From an uncultured Gammaproteobacteria bacterium (GTDB taxonomy: Bacteria > Pseudomonadota > Gammaproteobacteria > CAYNNN01): a stretch of DNA of 43,874 bases. Made by a program: the position numbers and the translations under genes. Numbering within the stretch: the first letter of the stretch is position 1; the number at the start of each line of letters is the position of its first letter. The stretch lies in NCBI GenBank assembly GCA_964398665.1, contig CAYNNN010000014.1, positions 1 through 43,874 of the forward strand, given 5' to 3'. The notes under the pieces are model-generated. The model was not told where the DNA came from, searched no databases, and worked only from the letters and a program-made list of their open reading frames with translations. Positions 10,242-20,679 of the stretch are shown piece by piece.

Positions 10242-11798
10242 ATGACAAGCATTCAACAACGCGCCGAACTGCAACGCCGTATTTGGCAAATCGCCAATGA
10301 TGTGCGGGGTGCCGTCGATGGCTGGGACTTCAAACAATACGTACTTGGCGCCCTGTTCTACCGCTTCATCAGCGAAAACTTTGCCAGTTATATCGAAGGT
10401 GGTGACGACAGCATTGACTACGCTGAGCTGCCCGATAGCGTCATCACCTCCGACATCAAAGACGACGCCATCAAGACCAAGGGCTATTTCATCTACCCCA
10501 GCCAACTGTTTGCCAAGGTTGCCGCCAGCGCCAACACCAACGAAAGTCTGAATACTGACTTGGCCGCGATTTATTCCGCCATTGAAGCCTCGGCCAACGG
10601 CTACCCCTCCGAGCAGGACATCAAAGGTTTGTTTGCTGACTTCGATACCACCAGCAATCGCCTGGGCAACACCGTCAAAGACAAGAACACCCGCCTGGCC
10701 GCCGTTCTCAAGGGCGTTGCCGACCTGGACTTTGGCACCTTTGACGACAGCCACATCGACCTATTTGGTGATGCCTACGAGTTCCTCATCTCCAACTACG
10801 CCGCCAACGCCGGCAAATCGGGCGGTGAGTTCTTCACCCCGCAGCATGTGTCCAAGCTGATCGCCCAGCTCGCCATGCACAAGCAAACCAGCGTCAACAA
10901 AATTTACGACCCCGCCTGTGGCTCCGGCTCACTGCTGCTGCAAGCCAAGAAGCACTTCGATGCGCACATCATCGAAGACGGCTTCTTCGGGCAAGAAATC
11001 AACCACACCACCTACAACCTGGCGCGGATGAACATGTTCTTGCACAACATTAACTACGACAAGTTCAACGTCCAGCTTGGCAATACCCTGGTCGAGCCGC
11101 ACTTTGGCGACGACAAGCCCTTTGATGCCATCGTCTCTAACCCGCCGTACTCAGTGAAGTGGATCGGCAGCGATGATCCCACGCTGATCAATGACGAACG
11201 CTTTGCACCGGCTGGCGTGCTCGCGCCCAAATCCAAAGCCGACTTTGCCTTTGTGTTGCACGCGCTGAGTTACCTCTCAAGCAAGGGCCGCGCCGCCATC
11301 GTCTGCTTCCCCGGCATTTTTTATCGCGGTGGTGCCGAGCAGAAAATTCGCCAATATCTGGTGGATCACAACTACGTCGAAAGCGTCATTTCACTTGCCC
11401 CCAACCTGTTCTACGGCACTACCATCGCGGTGAATATCCTGGTGCTCTCCAAACACAAAACCGACACCACCACCCAATTCATCGACGCCAGCGGCCTGTT
11501 CAAGAAAGAAACCAACAACAACGTGCTGCTGGACGCGCACATCGACCAGATCATGCAAGTGTTCGACAGCAAGGCGAATGTCGATCACTTTGCCCAGTCC
11601 ATCCCGTTTGAAAAGGTGGCCGCCAACGACTACAACCTGTCGGTCAGCAGCTATGTCGAAGCCCGCGACAACCGCGAAGTGGTGGACATTGCCCAGCTCA
11701 ATGCCGAACTGAAAACCACCGTTGCCAAAATAGACCAGCTACGCAAAGACATTGATGCCATCGTCGCCGAGATCGAAGGCGAGGAGCTGGAGGCATGA
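10242..11798 (+). CDS. hsdM: Type I restriction-modification system N6-adenine DNA methyltransferase subunit HsdM
   Basis: 518 aa. N-terminal HsdM_N region. Methylase motif [11 protein letters not shown] and motif IV NPPY ([11 protein letters not shown]). Confidence 0.9.
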   Translation: MTSIQQRAELQRRIWQIANDVRGAVDGWDFKQYVLGALFYRFISENFASYIEGGDDSIDYAELPDSVITSDIKDDAIKTKGYFIYPSQLFAKVAASANTNESLNTDLAAIYSAIEASANGYPSEQDIKGLFADFDTTSNRLGNTVKDKNTRLAAVLKGVADLDFGTFDDSHIDLFGDAYEFLISNYAANAGKSGGEFFTPQHVSKLIAQLAMHKQTSVNKIYDPACGSGSLLLQAKKHFDAHIIEDGFFGQEINHTTYNLARMNMFLHNINYDKFNVQLGNTLVEPHFGDDKPFDAIVSNPPYSVKWIGSDDPTLINDERFAPAGVLAPKSKADFAFVLHALSYLSSKGRAAIVCFPGIFYRGGAEQKIRQYLVDHNYVESVISLAPNLFYGTTIAVNILVLSKHKTDTTTQFIDASGLFKKETNNNVLLDAHIDQIMQVFDSKANVDHFAQSIPFEKVAANDYNLSVSSYVEARDNREVVDIAQLNAELKTTVAKIDQLRKDIDAIVAEIEGEELEA

Positions 11799-13114
11799 GC
11801 GGCGTGGGTTTCTTGGAAAAGCTGCTGGATGGGGCTGGGGTGGAGTGGAAGGCGCTGGACGATGTAATCGTTTCCCTAAAAACCGGCCTGAACCCTCGCC
11901 AAAACTTTCAATTGAACACTGACGATGCCGAGGGCTACTACGTTACTGTTCGGGAAATTTCTGATGGCAAAGTGACATTTCTCGACAAAACGGATCGCGT
12001 AAACGAAAGAGCCCTAGCGCTTATAAATAACCGCTCCAACTTAGAAGTCGGTGATCTTCTATTTTCCGGAACTGGCACGGTCGGAAGAACGGCAGTCGTC
12101 GAAAAGGAACCTCGCAATTGGAATATCAAGGAAGGCGTGTATGTAATCAAACCTAATTTCAGTAAGATTCACTCACGATACCTTTCCCATCTTCTGAACT
12201 CTCAAGAGATCGTGAAGGCATACAGTAAGAAAATTGTTGGGGCACCGGTCATAAGTTTACCGATGAGTGACCTTAGAAAACTTAAAATCCCCATCCCCTG
12301 CCCAGACAACCCCAAAAAATCACTCGAAATCCAGGCCGAAATCGTCCGCATACTGGATACCTTCACCGAGCTGACCGCCGAGCTGACCGCCGAGCTGACC
12401 GCCCGCAAAAAACAATACAACTACTACCGCGACCAGTTGTTGAGTTTTGAAGCACCTGTTACTGCACACCTGTCATCCTGCGCGCAGTCGCAGGATCCAT
12501 TCGACGGGAACACTGGACCCTGCGACTGCGCGCAGGGTGACAGAAAAAGAGCAGTGGAGTGGAAGACTGTGGGAGAAATTGCAACATTGCGACGCGGCCG
12601 AGTAATGTCAAAGGAGTACTTAACCGACAATGCTGGCTCATATCCGGTTTACAGCTCACAAACTGCGAACAATGGACAGATTGGAAAAATTTGCACGTTC
12701 GATTTTGACGGTGACTTTGTAAATTGGACAACCGATGGGGCCAATGCTGGGACTGTTTTCTATCGATCTGGAAAATTTTCAATTACCAATGTTAGTGGGT
12801 TAATAAAGATTAACAATCCGGCCACCATAAATTGCAGGTTTGTTTTCTATTGGCTTTCCATCGAGGCAAAGAAGCATGTGTATTCCGGTATGGGAAACCC
12901 AAAGCTTATGAGCAATCAGGTGGAAAAAATCCCCGTGCCAATCCCGCCGATTACTGAGCAAAACCGCATCGTCGCCATCCTCGACAAATTCGATGCCCTC
13001 ACCAATTCCCTCACCGAAGGCTTGCCCCGCGAAATCGAGCTGCGCCAGAAGCAATACGAGTATTACCGCGATCTGCTGTTGCGCTTTCCCAAACCGGGCG
13101 AGGCGGTTGCATAA
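11795..13114 (+). CDS. hsdS: Type I R-M specificity subunit HsdS (two target-recognition domains, central conserved TAEL-repeat region)
   Basis: 439 aa. ATGA overlap with hsdM. The central region [33 protein letters not shown] and the C-terminal [13 protein letters not shown] are the typical HsdS conserved repeats flanking TRD2. TRD regions have lower GC than the flanks. Confidence 0.85.
   Translation: MSGVGFLEKLLDGAGVEWKALDDVIVSLKTGLNPRQNFQLNTDDAEGYYVTVREISDGKVTFLDKTDRVNERALALINNRSNLEVGDLLFSGTGTVGRTAVVEKEPRNWNIKEGVYVIKPNFSKIHSRYLSHLLNSQEIVKAYSKKIVGAPVISLPMSDLRKLKIPIPCPDNPKKSLEIQAEIVRILDTFTELTAELTAELTARKKQYNYYRDQLLSFEAPVTAHLSSCAQSQDPFDGNTGPCDCAQGDRKRAVEWKTVGEIATLRRGRVMSKEYLTDNAGSYPVYSSQTANNGQIGKICTFDFDGDFVNWTTDGANAGTVFYRSGKFSITNVSGLIKINNPATINCRFVFYWLSIEAKKHVYSGMGNPKLMSNQVEKIPVPIPPITEQNRIVAILDKFDALTNSLTEGLPREIELRQKQYEYYRDLLLRFPKPGEAVA
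12368..12403 (+). repeat. Perfect 12-bp tandem repeat (GAGCTGACCGCC)x3 in the hsdS central conserved region, encoding ELTA/TAEL x3
   Basis: Direct reading of 12368-12403. Three identical 12-mers are in frame with hsdS. Confidence 0.95.
12469..12543. repeat. Imperfect inverted repeat (25-bp arms, 24/25 match, ~24-nt spacer) embedded in-frame in hsdS between the central region and TRD2
   Basis: Left arm CTGTCATCCTGCGCGCAGTCGCAGG (12470-12494). Reverse complement of right arm 12519-12543 is CTGTCACCCTGCGCGCAGTCGCAGG. The encoded peptide is low-complexity and Cys-rich ([25 protein letters not shown]). Confidence 0.9.
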
Positions 13115-13115
13115 C

Positions 13116-14105
13116 ATGCCCTATAAACCGCCGTTTACCATTACCAGCGAGATTCTGAATCTGGTGGCTGAGATCAGCCAGCAGGTGGGCAGGCTGGATG
13201 CCAGCGCGTTAAACGCCTCGCCGCAGTTGCGCAAGCAAAACCGCATTAAAACCATTACCGGCACGCTGGCGATTGAGGGCAACACCTTAACCGAGGAGCA
13301 GATTACCGCGATTGTGGAAGGCAAGCCGGTATTGGGCAGTGTGCGCGAGCTGGCCGAGGTGAAAGGCGCTATTGCCGCGTATGAGGCGTTGCCGGATTAT
13401 CAACCCGCCAACCTTGAGCATTTACTCGCTGCCCACGGTTTGATGATGGCGGATATTTTGCTCAACGCAGGCGAGTTTCGCAGGAAAGCGGTGGGGATTC
13501 ATAAGGCGGGTGTGGTGCATCATGTTGCGTCACCGGCACACCAGGTCTCGGACTTGATGGCCGATTTGGCAGGTTGGCTGCAACAGGCAAAAGACCATCC
13601 GCTGATTACCAGCAGCGTGTTTCATTATGAATTCGAGTTTATTCACCCGTTCAGCGATGGCAATGGCCGCATGGGGCGCTTGTGGCAAACGTTGATTTTG
13701 TCTGAATGGCACCCGTTGTTTCTGTCTCTGCCGCTGGAAAGCGTGATTAAGGACAATCAGCAAGCCTATTACCAAGCTCTGGAGCAGGCCGACCAGCAAG
13801 CCGACAGCACGCCGTTCGTGCATTTTATGTTGACGGTGATTGCCCAGACGCTGGCACAAAATGCCTCTGCAAATGCCCTTGTAAATGCCCCTGCAAATCA
13901 GGTTGTTGATGTGCGTGGGCTTAAAACCCCCGATGCCATTGTGGCGCTGCTGTCGGCCAACCCGATGCTGACACGACAGCAACTGGCTGATGCCATTGGC
14001 AAGGATTTACGTACTATTGGCCGCGCTATCGCACAGTTACAACAGGCAGGCCGATTGAAACGGGTAGGTTCAGATAAATCCGGCCATTGGGAGATACACG
14101 GGTGA
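13116..14105 (+). CDS. fic: Fic/DOC family protein (putative AMPylase) with N-terminal inhibitory-helix motif and C-terminal winged-helix domain
   Basis: Canonical Fic motif [12 protein letters not shown] (HPFx[D/E]GNGRxxR). Upstream TLAIEGN matches the [S/T]xxxE[G/N] auto-inhibitory motif. The C-terminal ~70 aa are wHTH-like ([33 protein letters not shown]). ATG 13116 lies 2 nt after the hsdS stop. Its stop overlaps the hsdR GTG start. Confidence 0.85.
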   Translation: MPYKPPFTITSEILNLVAEISQQVGRLDASALNASPQLRKQNRIKTITGTLAIEGNTLTEEQITAIVEGKPVLGSVRELAEVKGAIAAYEALPDYQPANLEHLLAAHGLMMADILLNAGEFRRKAVGIHKAGVVHHVASPAHQVSDLMADLAGWLQQAKDHPLITSSVFHYEFEFIHPFSDGNGRMGRLWQTLILSEWHPLFLSLPLESVIKDNQQAYYQALEQADQQADSTPFVHFMLTVIAQTLAQNASANALVNAPANQVVDVRGLKTPDAIVALLSANPMLTRQQLADAIGKDLRTIGRAIAQLQQAGRLKRVGSDKSGHWEIHG

Positions 14106-17100
14106 GCGACTATAAAACCATTGCCGAGTCCAATAACTTCATCGTTTTGGATAAGTACGTCAAGGAATGGAAAGTCAGCGAAAGCTACCAGAGCGAATAC
14201 GATCTGGAGCGGGAGTTTATTCAGGATTTACAGAATCAGGGGTTTGAATATCTACCCAGCCTGAATACGCCCGAAGCCTTGCTGGCCAATGTGCGCGTGC
14301 AGATGCAAATGCTCAATGGCGTGCAGTTTCTTGACGGCGAATGGCTGCGTTTTGTGGAGACGTTTCTGGACAAGCCCAGCGACGGCATTGTTGAGAAAAC
14401 GCGCAAGATTCACGACGATTATATCCACGATTTTGTTTTTGACGATGGCCGCATCCAGAACATCTATCTGCTGGACAAGAAGAACATTGCACGCAACAAG
14501 GTACAGGTCATCAAGCAGTTTGAGCAGACCGGCAGTCACGCCAACCGCTACGATGTGACCATCCTGGTCAATGGCTTGCCGCTGGTGCAAGTGGAGCTGA
14601 AAAAGCGCGGCGTGGCGATTCGGGAAGCCTTTAATCAGGTGCACCGCTACAGCAAGGAGAGCTTCAACAGCGCGCATTCCCTGTTCAAGTATTTGCAGCT
14701 GTTCGTGATTTCCAATGGCACCGACAGCCGTTATTTCGCCAACACCACGCAGCGCAACAAGAACAGCTTCGACTTCACCATGAACTGGGCGAAGGCGGAC
14801 AACAGCCTGATCAAAGACCTGAAGGACTTCACGGCCACATTCTTCCAGAAGCACACCCTGCTCAATGTGCTGCTGCATTACTCGGTGTTCGATGTCAGCA
14901 ATACGCTGCTGGTGATGCGCCCCTACCAGATCGCCGCCACGGAGCGCATTTTGTGGAAGATTAACAGCGCTTGGCAGGCGAAAAACTGGAGCAACACGGA
15001 AAGCGGCGGCTATATCTGGCACACCACAGGCTCCGGCAAGACCCTGACCAGTTTCAAGGCGGCGCGTTTGGCTACAGAGCTGGACTTCATCGACAAGGTG
15101 TTCTTCGTGGTGGACCGCAAGGACCTGGACTACCAGACCATGAAGGAATACCAGCGCTTTTCACCGGACAGCGTGAACGGCTCGGACAGCACGGCGGGCC
15201 TGAAACGCAATCTGGAGAAGGACGACAACAAGATCGTCGTCACCACTATCCAGAAGCTTAACAACCTGATGAAGAGCGAAGGCGACCTGCCCATCTATGG
15301 CAAGCAGGTGGTGTTCATTTTTGATGAATGCCACCGCAGCCAGTTTGGTGAGGCGCAGAAAAACCTGAAAAAGAAGTTCAAGAAGTTCTATCAGTTCGGC
15401 TTTACCGGCACGCCGATCTTCCCGCAGAACGCCCTGGGCGCGGAAACCACCGCCAGCGTGTTTGGGCGCGAATTGCATTCGTATGTGATCACCGATGCCA
15501 TTCGCGACGAGAAGGTGCTGAAGTTCAAGGTGGATTACAACGATGTCCGCCCGCAGTTCAAAGACATCGAGACCGAGCAGGACGAGAAAAAACTGAGCGC
15601 GGCGGAAAACAAGCAGGCCTTGCTGCACCCCGACCGCATCCGCGAGATCACCCAGTACATTCTGAATAATTTCCGCCAGAAAACCCACCGCCTGCAAGCG
15701 GGCAACAGAGGTTTCAATGCGATGTTTGCGGTCAGCAGCGTGGATGCCGCCAAGTTGTATTACGAGTCTTTCCGGGAATTACAAAAGGGCAGCGATAAGC
15801 CGCTGCGGGTAGCCACCATCTTCTCGTTTGCCGCCAATGAGGAGCAGGAGGCGGTCGGCGACATTCAGGATGAATGTTTCGATGTATCAGCGATGAATAG
15901 CAGCGCTAAGGAGTTTTTAAACGCAGCGATTGCCCACTACAACGCGCTGTTTAAAACCAACTTCAGCGTGGACAGCAATGGCTTCCAGAACTATTACCGC
16001 GATCTGGCCAAGCAGGTCAAAGCCAAGGAGATCGACCTGCTCATCGTGGTGGGCATGTTCCTGACCGGCTTTGACGCGCCCACGCTGAACACCTTGTTCG
16101 TGGACAAGAATCTGCGCTACCACGGGCTGATGCAGGCCTACTCACGCACCAATCGCATTTTTGACGCCACCAAAACCTTCGGCAACATCGTCACCTTCCG
16201 CGATCTGGAGCAGGCGACCATTGATGCCATCACCCTGTTCGGTGACAAAAACACCAAAAACGTGGTGCTGGAGAAGAGCTACCAGGAATACATGGAAGGC
16301 TTCACCGATGCGGCCACCGGTGAGGCGCGGCGTGGCTTTGTGGAGGTGGTGAAGGAACTGGAAACACGCTTTCCCGACCCCGCTGCCATTGAAAAGGAAG
16401 CCGATAAAAAGGCATTCGCCAAGCTGTTTGGCGAGTATTTGCGCGTGGAGAATGTGCTGCAAAACTATGACGAGTTCGCCAGCCTGAAGGCCTTGCAGGG
16501 CGTTGATATGAACGACCCGGCGACGGTTGAGGCGTTCAAGGCCAGGTACTATCTGGATGATGCCGCTTTGGAAGCGCTGCAAGTCATTCCGATGCCCACT
16601 GAACGAATAATCCAGGACTACCGATCTACCTATAACGACGTTCGCGATTGGCTGCGTCGGGAAAAGTCTTCCGCCGAGAAGGAAAAATCCACCCTCGACT
16701 GGGATGATGTGGTCTTTGAAGTGGATCTGCTCAAGTCGCAAGAGATTAATCTGGATTACATCCTGGAGCTGATCTTCGAGCACAACAAGAAGATCAAGAG
16801 CAAGTCGGAACTTGTGGACGAGGTGCGCCGCGTGATTCGCGCCAGCCTGGGCAACCGCGCCAAAGAGAGCTTGCTGGTGGACTTCATCAATCAGACCGAT
16901 CTGGACCAGATAGGCGACAAGGCCAGTGTGATTGACGCATTTTTCACCTTTGCCCAGGCGGAACAGCAGCGCGAAGCGCAAGCGTTGATCAGTGCCGAGA
17001 ACCTGAATGCAGAGGCCGCCAGGCGCTATATCACCACCTCACTGAAGCGGGAATTCGCCAGTGACAGTGGCACTGAGCTGAATGCCGTTCTGCCCAAGAT

Positions 17101-17200
17101 GAGCCCGCTGAATCCGCAATATCTGACCAAGAAACAAAGCGTATTTCAGAAAATTGCAGCTTTTGTGGAGAAGTTTAAGGGTGTGGGTGGGGTGATATGA
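14102..17200 (+). CDS. hsdR: Type I R-M restriction subunit HsdR (SF2 helicase/endonuclease)
   Basis: About 1030 aa. Helicase motif [13 protein letters not shown] and motif [12 protein letters not shown] (DEAH-type). N-terminal nuclease region. A GGGAGA Shine-Dalgarno sits 7 nt before GTG 14102, which overlaps the fic stop (GTGA). The track ORF starts at an upstream TTG 14087. Confidence 0.85.
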   Translation: MSDYKTIAESNNFIVLDKYVKEWKVSESYQSEYDLEREFIQDLQNQGFEYLPSLNTPEALLANVRVQMQMLNGVQFLDGEWLRFVETFLDKPSDGIVEKTRKIHDDYIHDFVFDDGRIQNIYLLDKKNIARNKVQVIKQFEQTGSHANRYDVTILVNGLPLVQVELKKRGVAIREAFNQVHRYSKESFNSAHSLFKYLQLFVISNGTDSRYFANTTQRNKNSFDFTMNWAKADNSLIKDLKDFTATFFQKHTLLNVLLHYSVFDVSNTLLVMRPYQIAATERILWKINSAWQAKNWSNTESGGYIWHTTGSGKTLTSFKAARLATELDFIDKVFFVVDRKDLDYQTMKEYQRFSPDSVNGSDSTAGLKRNLEKDDNKIVVTTIQKLNNLMKSEGDLPIYGKQVVFIFDECHRSQFGEAQKNLKKKFKKFYQFGFTGTPIFPQNALGAETTASVFGRELHSYVITDAIRDEKVLKFKVDYNDVRPQFKDIETEQDEKKLSAAENKQALLHPDRIREITQYILNNFRQKTHRLQAGNRGFNAMFAVSSVDAAKLYYESFRELQKGSDKPLRVATIFSFAANEEQEAVGDIQDECFDVSAMNSSAKEFLNAAIAHYNALFKTNFSVDSNGFQNYYRDLAKQVKAKEIDLLIVVGMFLTGFDAPTLNTLFVDKNLRYHGLMQAYSRTNRIFDATKTFGNIVTFRDLEQATIDAITLFGDKNTKNVVLEKSYQEYMEGFTDAATGEARRGFVEVVKELETRFPDPAAIEKEADKKAFAKLFGEYLRVENVLQNYDEFASLKALQGVDMNDPATVEAFKARYYLDDAALEALQVIPMPTERIIQDYRSTYNDVRDWLRREKSSAEKEKSTLDWDDVVFEVDLLKSQEINLDYILELIFEHNKKIKSKSELVDEVRRVIRASLGNRAKESLLVDFINQTDLDQIGDKASVIDAFFTFAQAEQQREAQALISAENLNAEAARRYITTSLKREFASDSGTELNAVLPKMSPLNPQYLTKKQSVFQKIAAFVEKFKGVGGVI

Positions 17201-17398
17201 GCCAGCGCAAACGACACCGGGGGAGCCATACCGGGGACCCTCGTCCGCTCCTCGGCGGCGGAATACCTGACTGGGGGAATCGGAGCTCACCTCCCCGGAA
17301 AATAGCCGCCAACGGCTCACCCGCGCCGCTGGTTGAACCGGACGACGACCGACTCTCGTTCGTGATCGGGCTTCCGCGCCATCGCTATATGCTGCACA

Positions 17399-17830
17399 TC
17401 AACCCGTTGGGGTAATTTGGCGCGCACGCTGGACAAAGGCATCCACCAGGGTATTGGCCACGCGCTCAAAGACCGGACCAAACAGCAGTCCCAGCATCGG
17501 TCCGGCCAGTTCAAAGCTCATATCCAGGCTGATGCGACAGCCGCTACCCACCGGTAAAAATCGCCAGGCGCCCGTCAATTGTCGAAATGGCCCCTGGACA
17601 AGCTGAATATCCAGGGCATGACTCGGGGTCAGAACATTGCGGGTGGTGAAAGTTTTATGAATGCCGTGGTAGCTGAATTCCAGGCTGACCACGACCTGGG
17701 TTTCAGTGTGCTGATGCACGATGACCCGTCGGCACCAGGGTAAAAATTCCGGGTAACGCTCAATGTCGGCCACCAAGGCAAACATTTGCGCGGGCGTATA
17801 AGGAACCAGGGCGCTTTTCTGAATCCGCAT
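17399..17830 (-). CDS. SRPBCC-family protein (RatA/YfjG/Coq10-like polyketide-cyclase fold)
   Basis: 143 aa. MRIQKSALVPYTPAQMFALVADIERYPEFLPWC is typical of the RatA/Coq10 START-like family. Its start is translationally coupled to the livF stop (TGATG). Confidence 0.7.
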   Translation of the reverse strand: MRIQKSALVPYTPAQMFALVADIERYPEFLPWCRRVIVHQHTETQVVVSLEFSYHGIHKTFTTRNVLTPSHALDIQLVQGPFRQLTGAWRFLPVGSGCRISLDMSFELAGPMLGLLFGPVFERVANTLVDAFVQRARQITPTG

Positions 17831-18546
17831 CAGTGGGTTTCAATTCCCAGATAAGCATGACGCACCGCCGGGTCGTGCAATAATTCACGCCCGGTGCCGA
17901 CCTGTACGATCCGTCCCTGGGCCAGCACATAGGCGCGCTGGGCCAGATGCAGGGCCTGATAGGCATTCTGCTCAACCAGGAACACCGGGGTACCGGACTG
18001 GGCGATGGTCTTGAGGGCGGCAAATATCTGCTGTACCAGCCGTGGAGCCAACCCCAGGCTGGGTTCATCCAGCAGCAGCAGTTTGGGCCGCGCCATCAGG
18101 GCACGGCCAATGGCCAGCATCTGCTGCTCGCCGCCGGACAGGGTACCCGCCCGTTGTTGGGCACGTTCCTGCAAGCGGGGAAATAGCTGCATGACCTGTT
18201 GCCAGCGGGTCGGGTCAGGCGCGCCTGCCGCGCCCAGCAGCAGATTTTCCTGCACGCTCAAGCCCCCAAATACCCGCCGTCCTTCCGGGGCCTGTGCCAA
18301 GCCCAGGCGAGCGATCCGATGCGTGGGCCAGGCGCTGATATCCTGTCCGGCAAAATGAATTTGCCCCGCCCAGGCCCGAGGCTGGCCAAACAGGCTCATC
18401 AGCAGGGTGGACTTGCCCGCGCCATTGCCCCCGATTAAGGCAACGATTTCGCCGGGATAGACCGTGAGGCTAATGTCATGCAGCACCGTACTCCGGCCAT
18501 AGCCGACCTGCAGATCCCGGACATCTAATAACGGTTCAACCGCCAT
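17830..18546 (-). CDS. livF: Branched-chain amino acid ABC transporter ATP-binding protein LivF
   Basis: 238 aa. Walker A GGNGAGKST. LivF-like N-terminus LLDVRDLQVGYG. Confidence 0.85.
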   Translation of the reverse strand: MAVEPLLDVRDLQVGYGRSTVLHDISLTVYPGEIVALIGGNGAGKSTLLMSLFGQPRAWAGQIHFAGQDISAWPTHRIARLGLAQAPEGRRVFGGLSVQENLLLGAAGAPDPTRWQQVMQLFPRLQERAQQRAGTLSGGEQQMLAIGRALMARPKLLLLDEPSLGLAPRLVQQIFAALKTIAQSGTPVFLVEQNAYQALHLAQRAYVLAQGRIVQVGTGRELLHDPAVRHAYLGIETH

Positions 18547-19429
18547 GACTGACCTCGCTGGCTTCGGCCAGGTCTTCCGTACCCAGGTAGGCTGCCAGAA
18601 CCGCCGGATTCTGACTCACGGTCTCAGGGCTGCCGCTGGCGATGACCACGCCGTAATCCAGGACAATCACGGTGTCGCACAGGCCCATGACCAGCGGCAT
18701 GTCGTGCTCAATCAGGAGCAGGGTCAGCCCGCACTCGGTGCGCAACCGTTGCAGCAGGGCGCCTAATGCTTGCGTCTCGCGCGGGTTGAGACCGGCAGCC
18801 GGTTCATCCAGACAGAGCAGCCGGGGATTCAGGCACAAGGCGCGGGCAATTTCCAGCAGGCGCTGATGGCCATAGGGCAGTTCCCCGGCCAGCCGGTTGG
18901 CGGTATCGCCCAGTTGGCAAAAATCCAGCCAGTGCTGGGCCTGTGCCAGCGCCTGTTGTTCAAGCTGCCGGTATGCCCGGGTACCCAGCAGACCGGAAAA
19001 AAACTTACAGTTCAGGGCATGGTGCTGGGCGACGAGTAAATTTTCCAGCACGGTCATCTCCCGGAACAGGCGAATGTTCTGAAAGGTGCGGGCGACACCG
19101 GCCCGGGCGATGCGGTGTGAACCACCAAAAACATAGGCCCAGAGGTTGAGCAGGGCGGTATGGGGCTGGCGCAGGCTGTGCCAGCTCAAGGGCGCACCCA
19201 GCAAGGTCAGCAGGTCAACTGGCCCGTGCGGCCCCCCGGTCAACTCGGCTTGACCGTGGTCAGGGTGGTAAAAGCCGGTCAGGCAGTTGAACACGGTGGT
19301 TTTCCCGGCTCCATTGGGGCCGATGAGGGCAGTGATGGAGCCTGCTGCCACGTCAAACTGCACCTGATTCAGCGCCTGCACGCCGCCAAAACTCAGGCTG
19401 AGATCACGGACCTGCAACAGAGGCGTCAT
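18536..19429 (-). CDS. livG: Branched-chain amino acid ABC transporter ATP-binding protein LivG
   Basis: Walker A GPNGAGKTT. LivG-type C-terminal extension. The track ORF extends to 19495. The internal ATG at 19427-19429 overlaps the livM stop (ATGA) and gives the usual MTPLLQVRDLS N-terminus. Confidence 0.8.
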   Translation of the reverse strand: MTPLLQVRDLSLSFGGVQALNQVQFDVAAGSITALIGPNGAGKTTVFNCLTGFYHPDHGQAELTGGPHGPVDLLTLLGAPLSWHSLRQPHTALLNLWAYVFGGSHRIARAGVARTFQNIRLFREMTVLENLLVAQHHALNCKFFSGLLGTRAYRQLEQQALAQAQHWLDFCQLGDTANRLAGELPYGHQRLLEIARALCLNPRLLCLDEPAAGLNPRETQALGALLQRLRTECGLTLLLIEHDMPLVMGLCDTVIVLDYGVVIASGSPETVSQNPAVLAAYLGTEDLAEASEVSHGG

Positions 19430-20679
19430 GAAGGCATCCGGGTGGGTAGCCGGTAGGCCGGGCGGCGCAGGGGTAACAGGCCCCTGGGTCGCCACAGCAT
19501 CAGCAGTACCATCGCCGCTCCGAAGATCAGCAGGCGGTAGTTGGCAAATTCACGCAGCAACTCTGGCAGGATGGCCAGCACCAAAGCGGCGATCACGACG
19601 CCGGCGGTGGAACCCATGCCGCCCAGTACCACGATGGCCAACACCAGGGCCGATTCGGCAAAGGTAAAGGAGCTGGGGCTGACGAAGCCCTGATGGGCGG
19701 CAAAAACCACGCCCGCCAGCCCACCAATGCCGGCACCCAGGCTGAAGGCTGCCAGCTTGACCACCACCGGATTCAACCCCAAGGCCCGGCAGGCGATCTC
19801 GTCCTCACGCAGCGCCTCCCAGGCTCGGCCCAGGGGCATTTTGCGCAGGCGGTACACCAGCCATAACACCAGCGCAATCAGGGCGACCAGTACCAGATAC
19901 AGGGTCCAGGCCCGATACAGGGGGCTGTAGGCGATACCCAGCAGCGCATGCAGGGTCTGGCCATCCTCGCTGCGGGGTGCGCGGCTGAGGTCAAGGCCCA
20001 GCAGGGTGGGGGGCGGGGCCGTGACACCGTTAGGGCCGCCGGTGAAGCTGACCCAGTTGTTGAGTACCAGACGGATGATTTCCCCAAAGCCCAGGGTGAC
20101 GATGGCCAGATAATCCCCGTGCATGCGCAGTACCGGAAACGCCAGCACGGTGCCAAACCCGGCCGCCAGCAGGCAGCCCAGGGGCAGGGCCTGCCAGAAA
20201 CTGAGGCCCCAGTACTGCGCCCCCAGGGCATAGGTATAGGCGCCGACGGCGTAAAAGGCTACAAAGCCTAAATCCAGCAGCCCGGCCAGCCCGACGACGA
20301 TATTGAGCCCTAGCCCCAGCAGCACGTAAATCAAGGCACTGATGGCCACCGCCATGACATAGTGATTGGCCCAGAAGGGCAGGCTCAGGGCCGCCAAGAA
20401 AAATCCGGCGATCCATAGTCCGTCCCAGCGCCCGGCCCCGACCTGTAGCGCCGGTAACTGCGGTGCACTAAAGCGCACCCAGACCGGGCCAAACAGCGGC
20501 AGATGGGGTAAGGCCTGTAACAGCAACGTGCCCACCAGCACCAAACCCGCCAGCAACCACGGTGTCCAGGGGATCCAAAGGGGCGGATGCGGCTGATTGA
20601 GCAGCCAGCCAGTCAGCGGATAGCCAAGCAGCAAGGTCAGCAGGCCCGCGCTCAGGGCCTGACGCAGGTAGCAAAGCAT
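19426..20679 (-). CDS. livM: Branched-chain amino acid ABC transporter permease LivM
   Basis: 417-aa polytopic membrane protein of the LivM family. Position between livH and livG. Confidence 0.8.
   Translation of the reverse strand: MLCYLRQALSAGLLTLLLGYPLTGWLLNQPHPPLWIPWTPWLLAGLVLVGTLLLQALPHLPLFGPVWVRFSAPQLPALQVGAGRWDGLWIAGFFLAALSLPFWANHYVMAVAISALIYVLLGLGLNIVVGLAGLLDLGFVAFYAVGAYTYALGAQYWGLSFWQALPLGCLLAAGFGTVLAFPVLRMHGDYLAIVTLGFGEIIRLVLNNWVSFTGGPNGVTAPPPTLLGLDLSRAPRSEDGQTLHALLGIAYSPLYRAWTLYLVLVALIALVLWLVYRLRKMPLGRAWEALREDEIACRALGLNPVVVKLAAFSLGAGIGGLAGVVFAAHQGFVSPSSFTFAESALVLAIVVLGGMGSTAGVVIAALVLAILPELLREFANYRLLIFGAAMVLLMLWRPRGLLPLRRPAYRLPTRMPS

Noticed and set aside
10054-10245. 63-aa ORF just upstream of hsdM
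   Set aside because: No Shine-Dalgarno sequence and no conserved features. It lies in the likely promoter/5'UTR of hsdM. Possibly a leader peptide, but this is unsupported.
12424-12630. 68-aa minus-strand ORF inside hsdS encoding a Cys-rich peptide mirroring the hsdS insertion
   Set aside because: It exists because the 25-bp inverted repeat reads similarly on both strands. It is antisense to an intact hsdS.
14252-16981. Long antisense ORFs (14252-15022 -, 15161-15697 -, 16142-16981 -) within hsdR
   Set aside because: Opposite strand of a 1033-aa ORF carrying clear helicase motifs.
17197-17415. 72-aa ORF in the hsdR/SRPBCC convergent intergenic region
   Set aside because: Arg/Pro/Gly-rich, no ribosome-binding site. 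It overlaps the 3' end of the minus-strand SRPBCC gene.
18005-20416. Numerous 60-130-aa ORFs antisense to livF/livG/livM (18005-18358 +, 18545-18766 +, 19948-20271 +, and others)
   Set aside because: All lie within conserved ABC transporter genes on the other strand.
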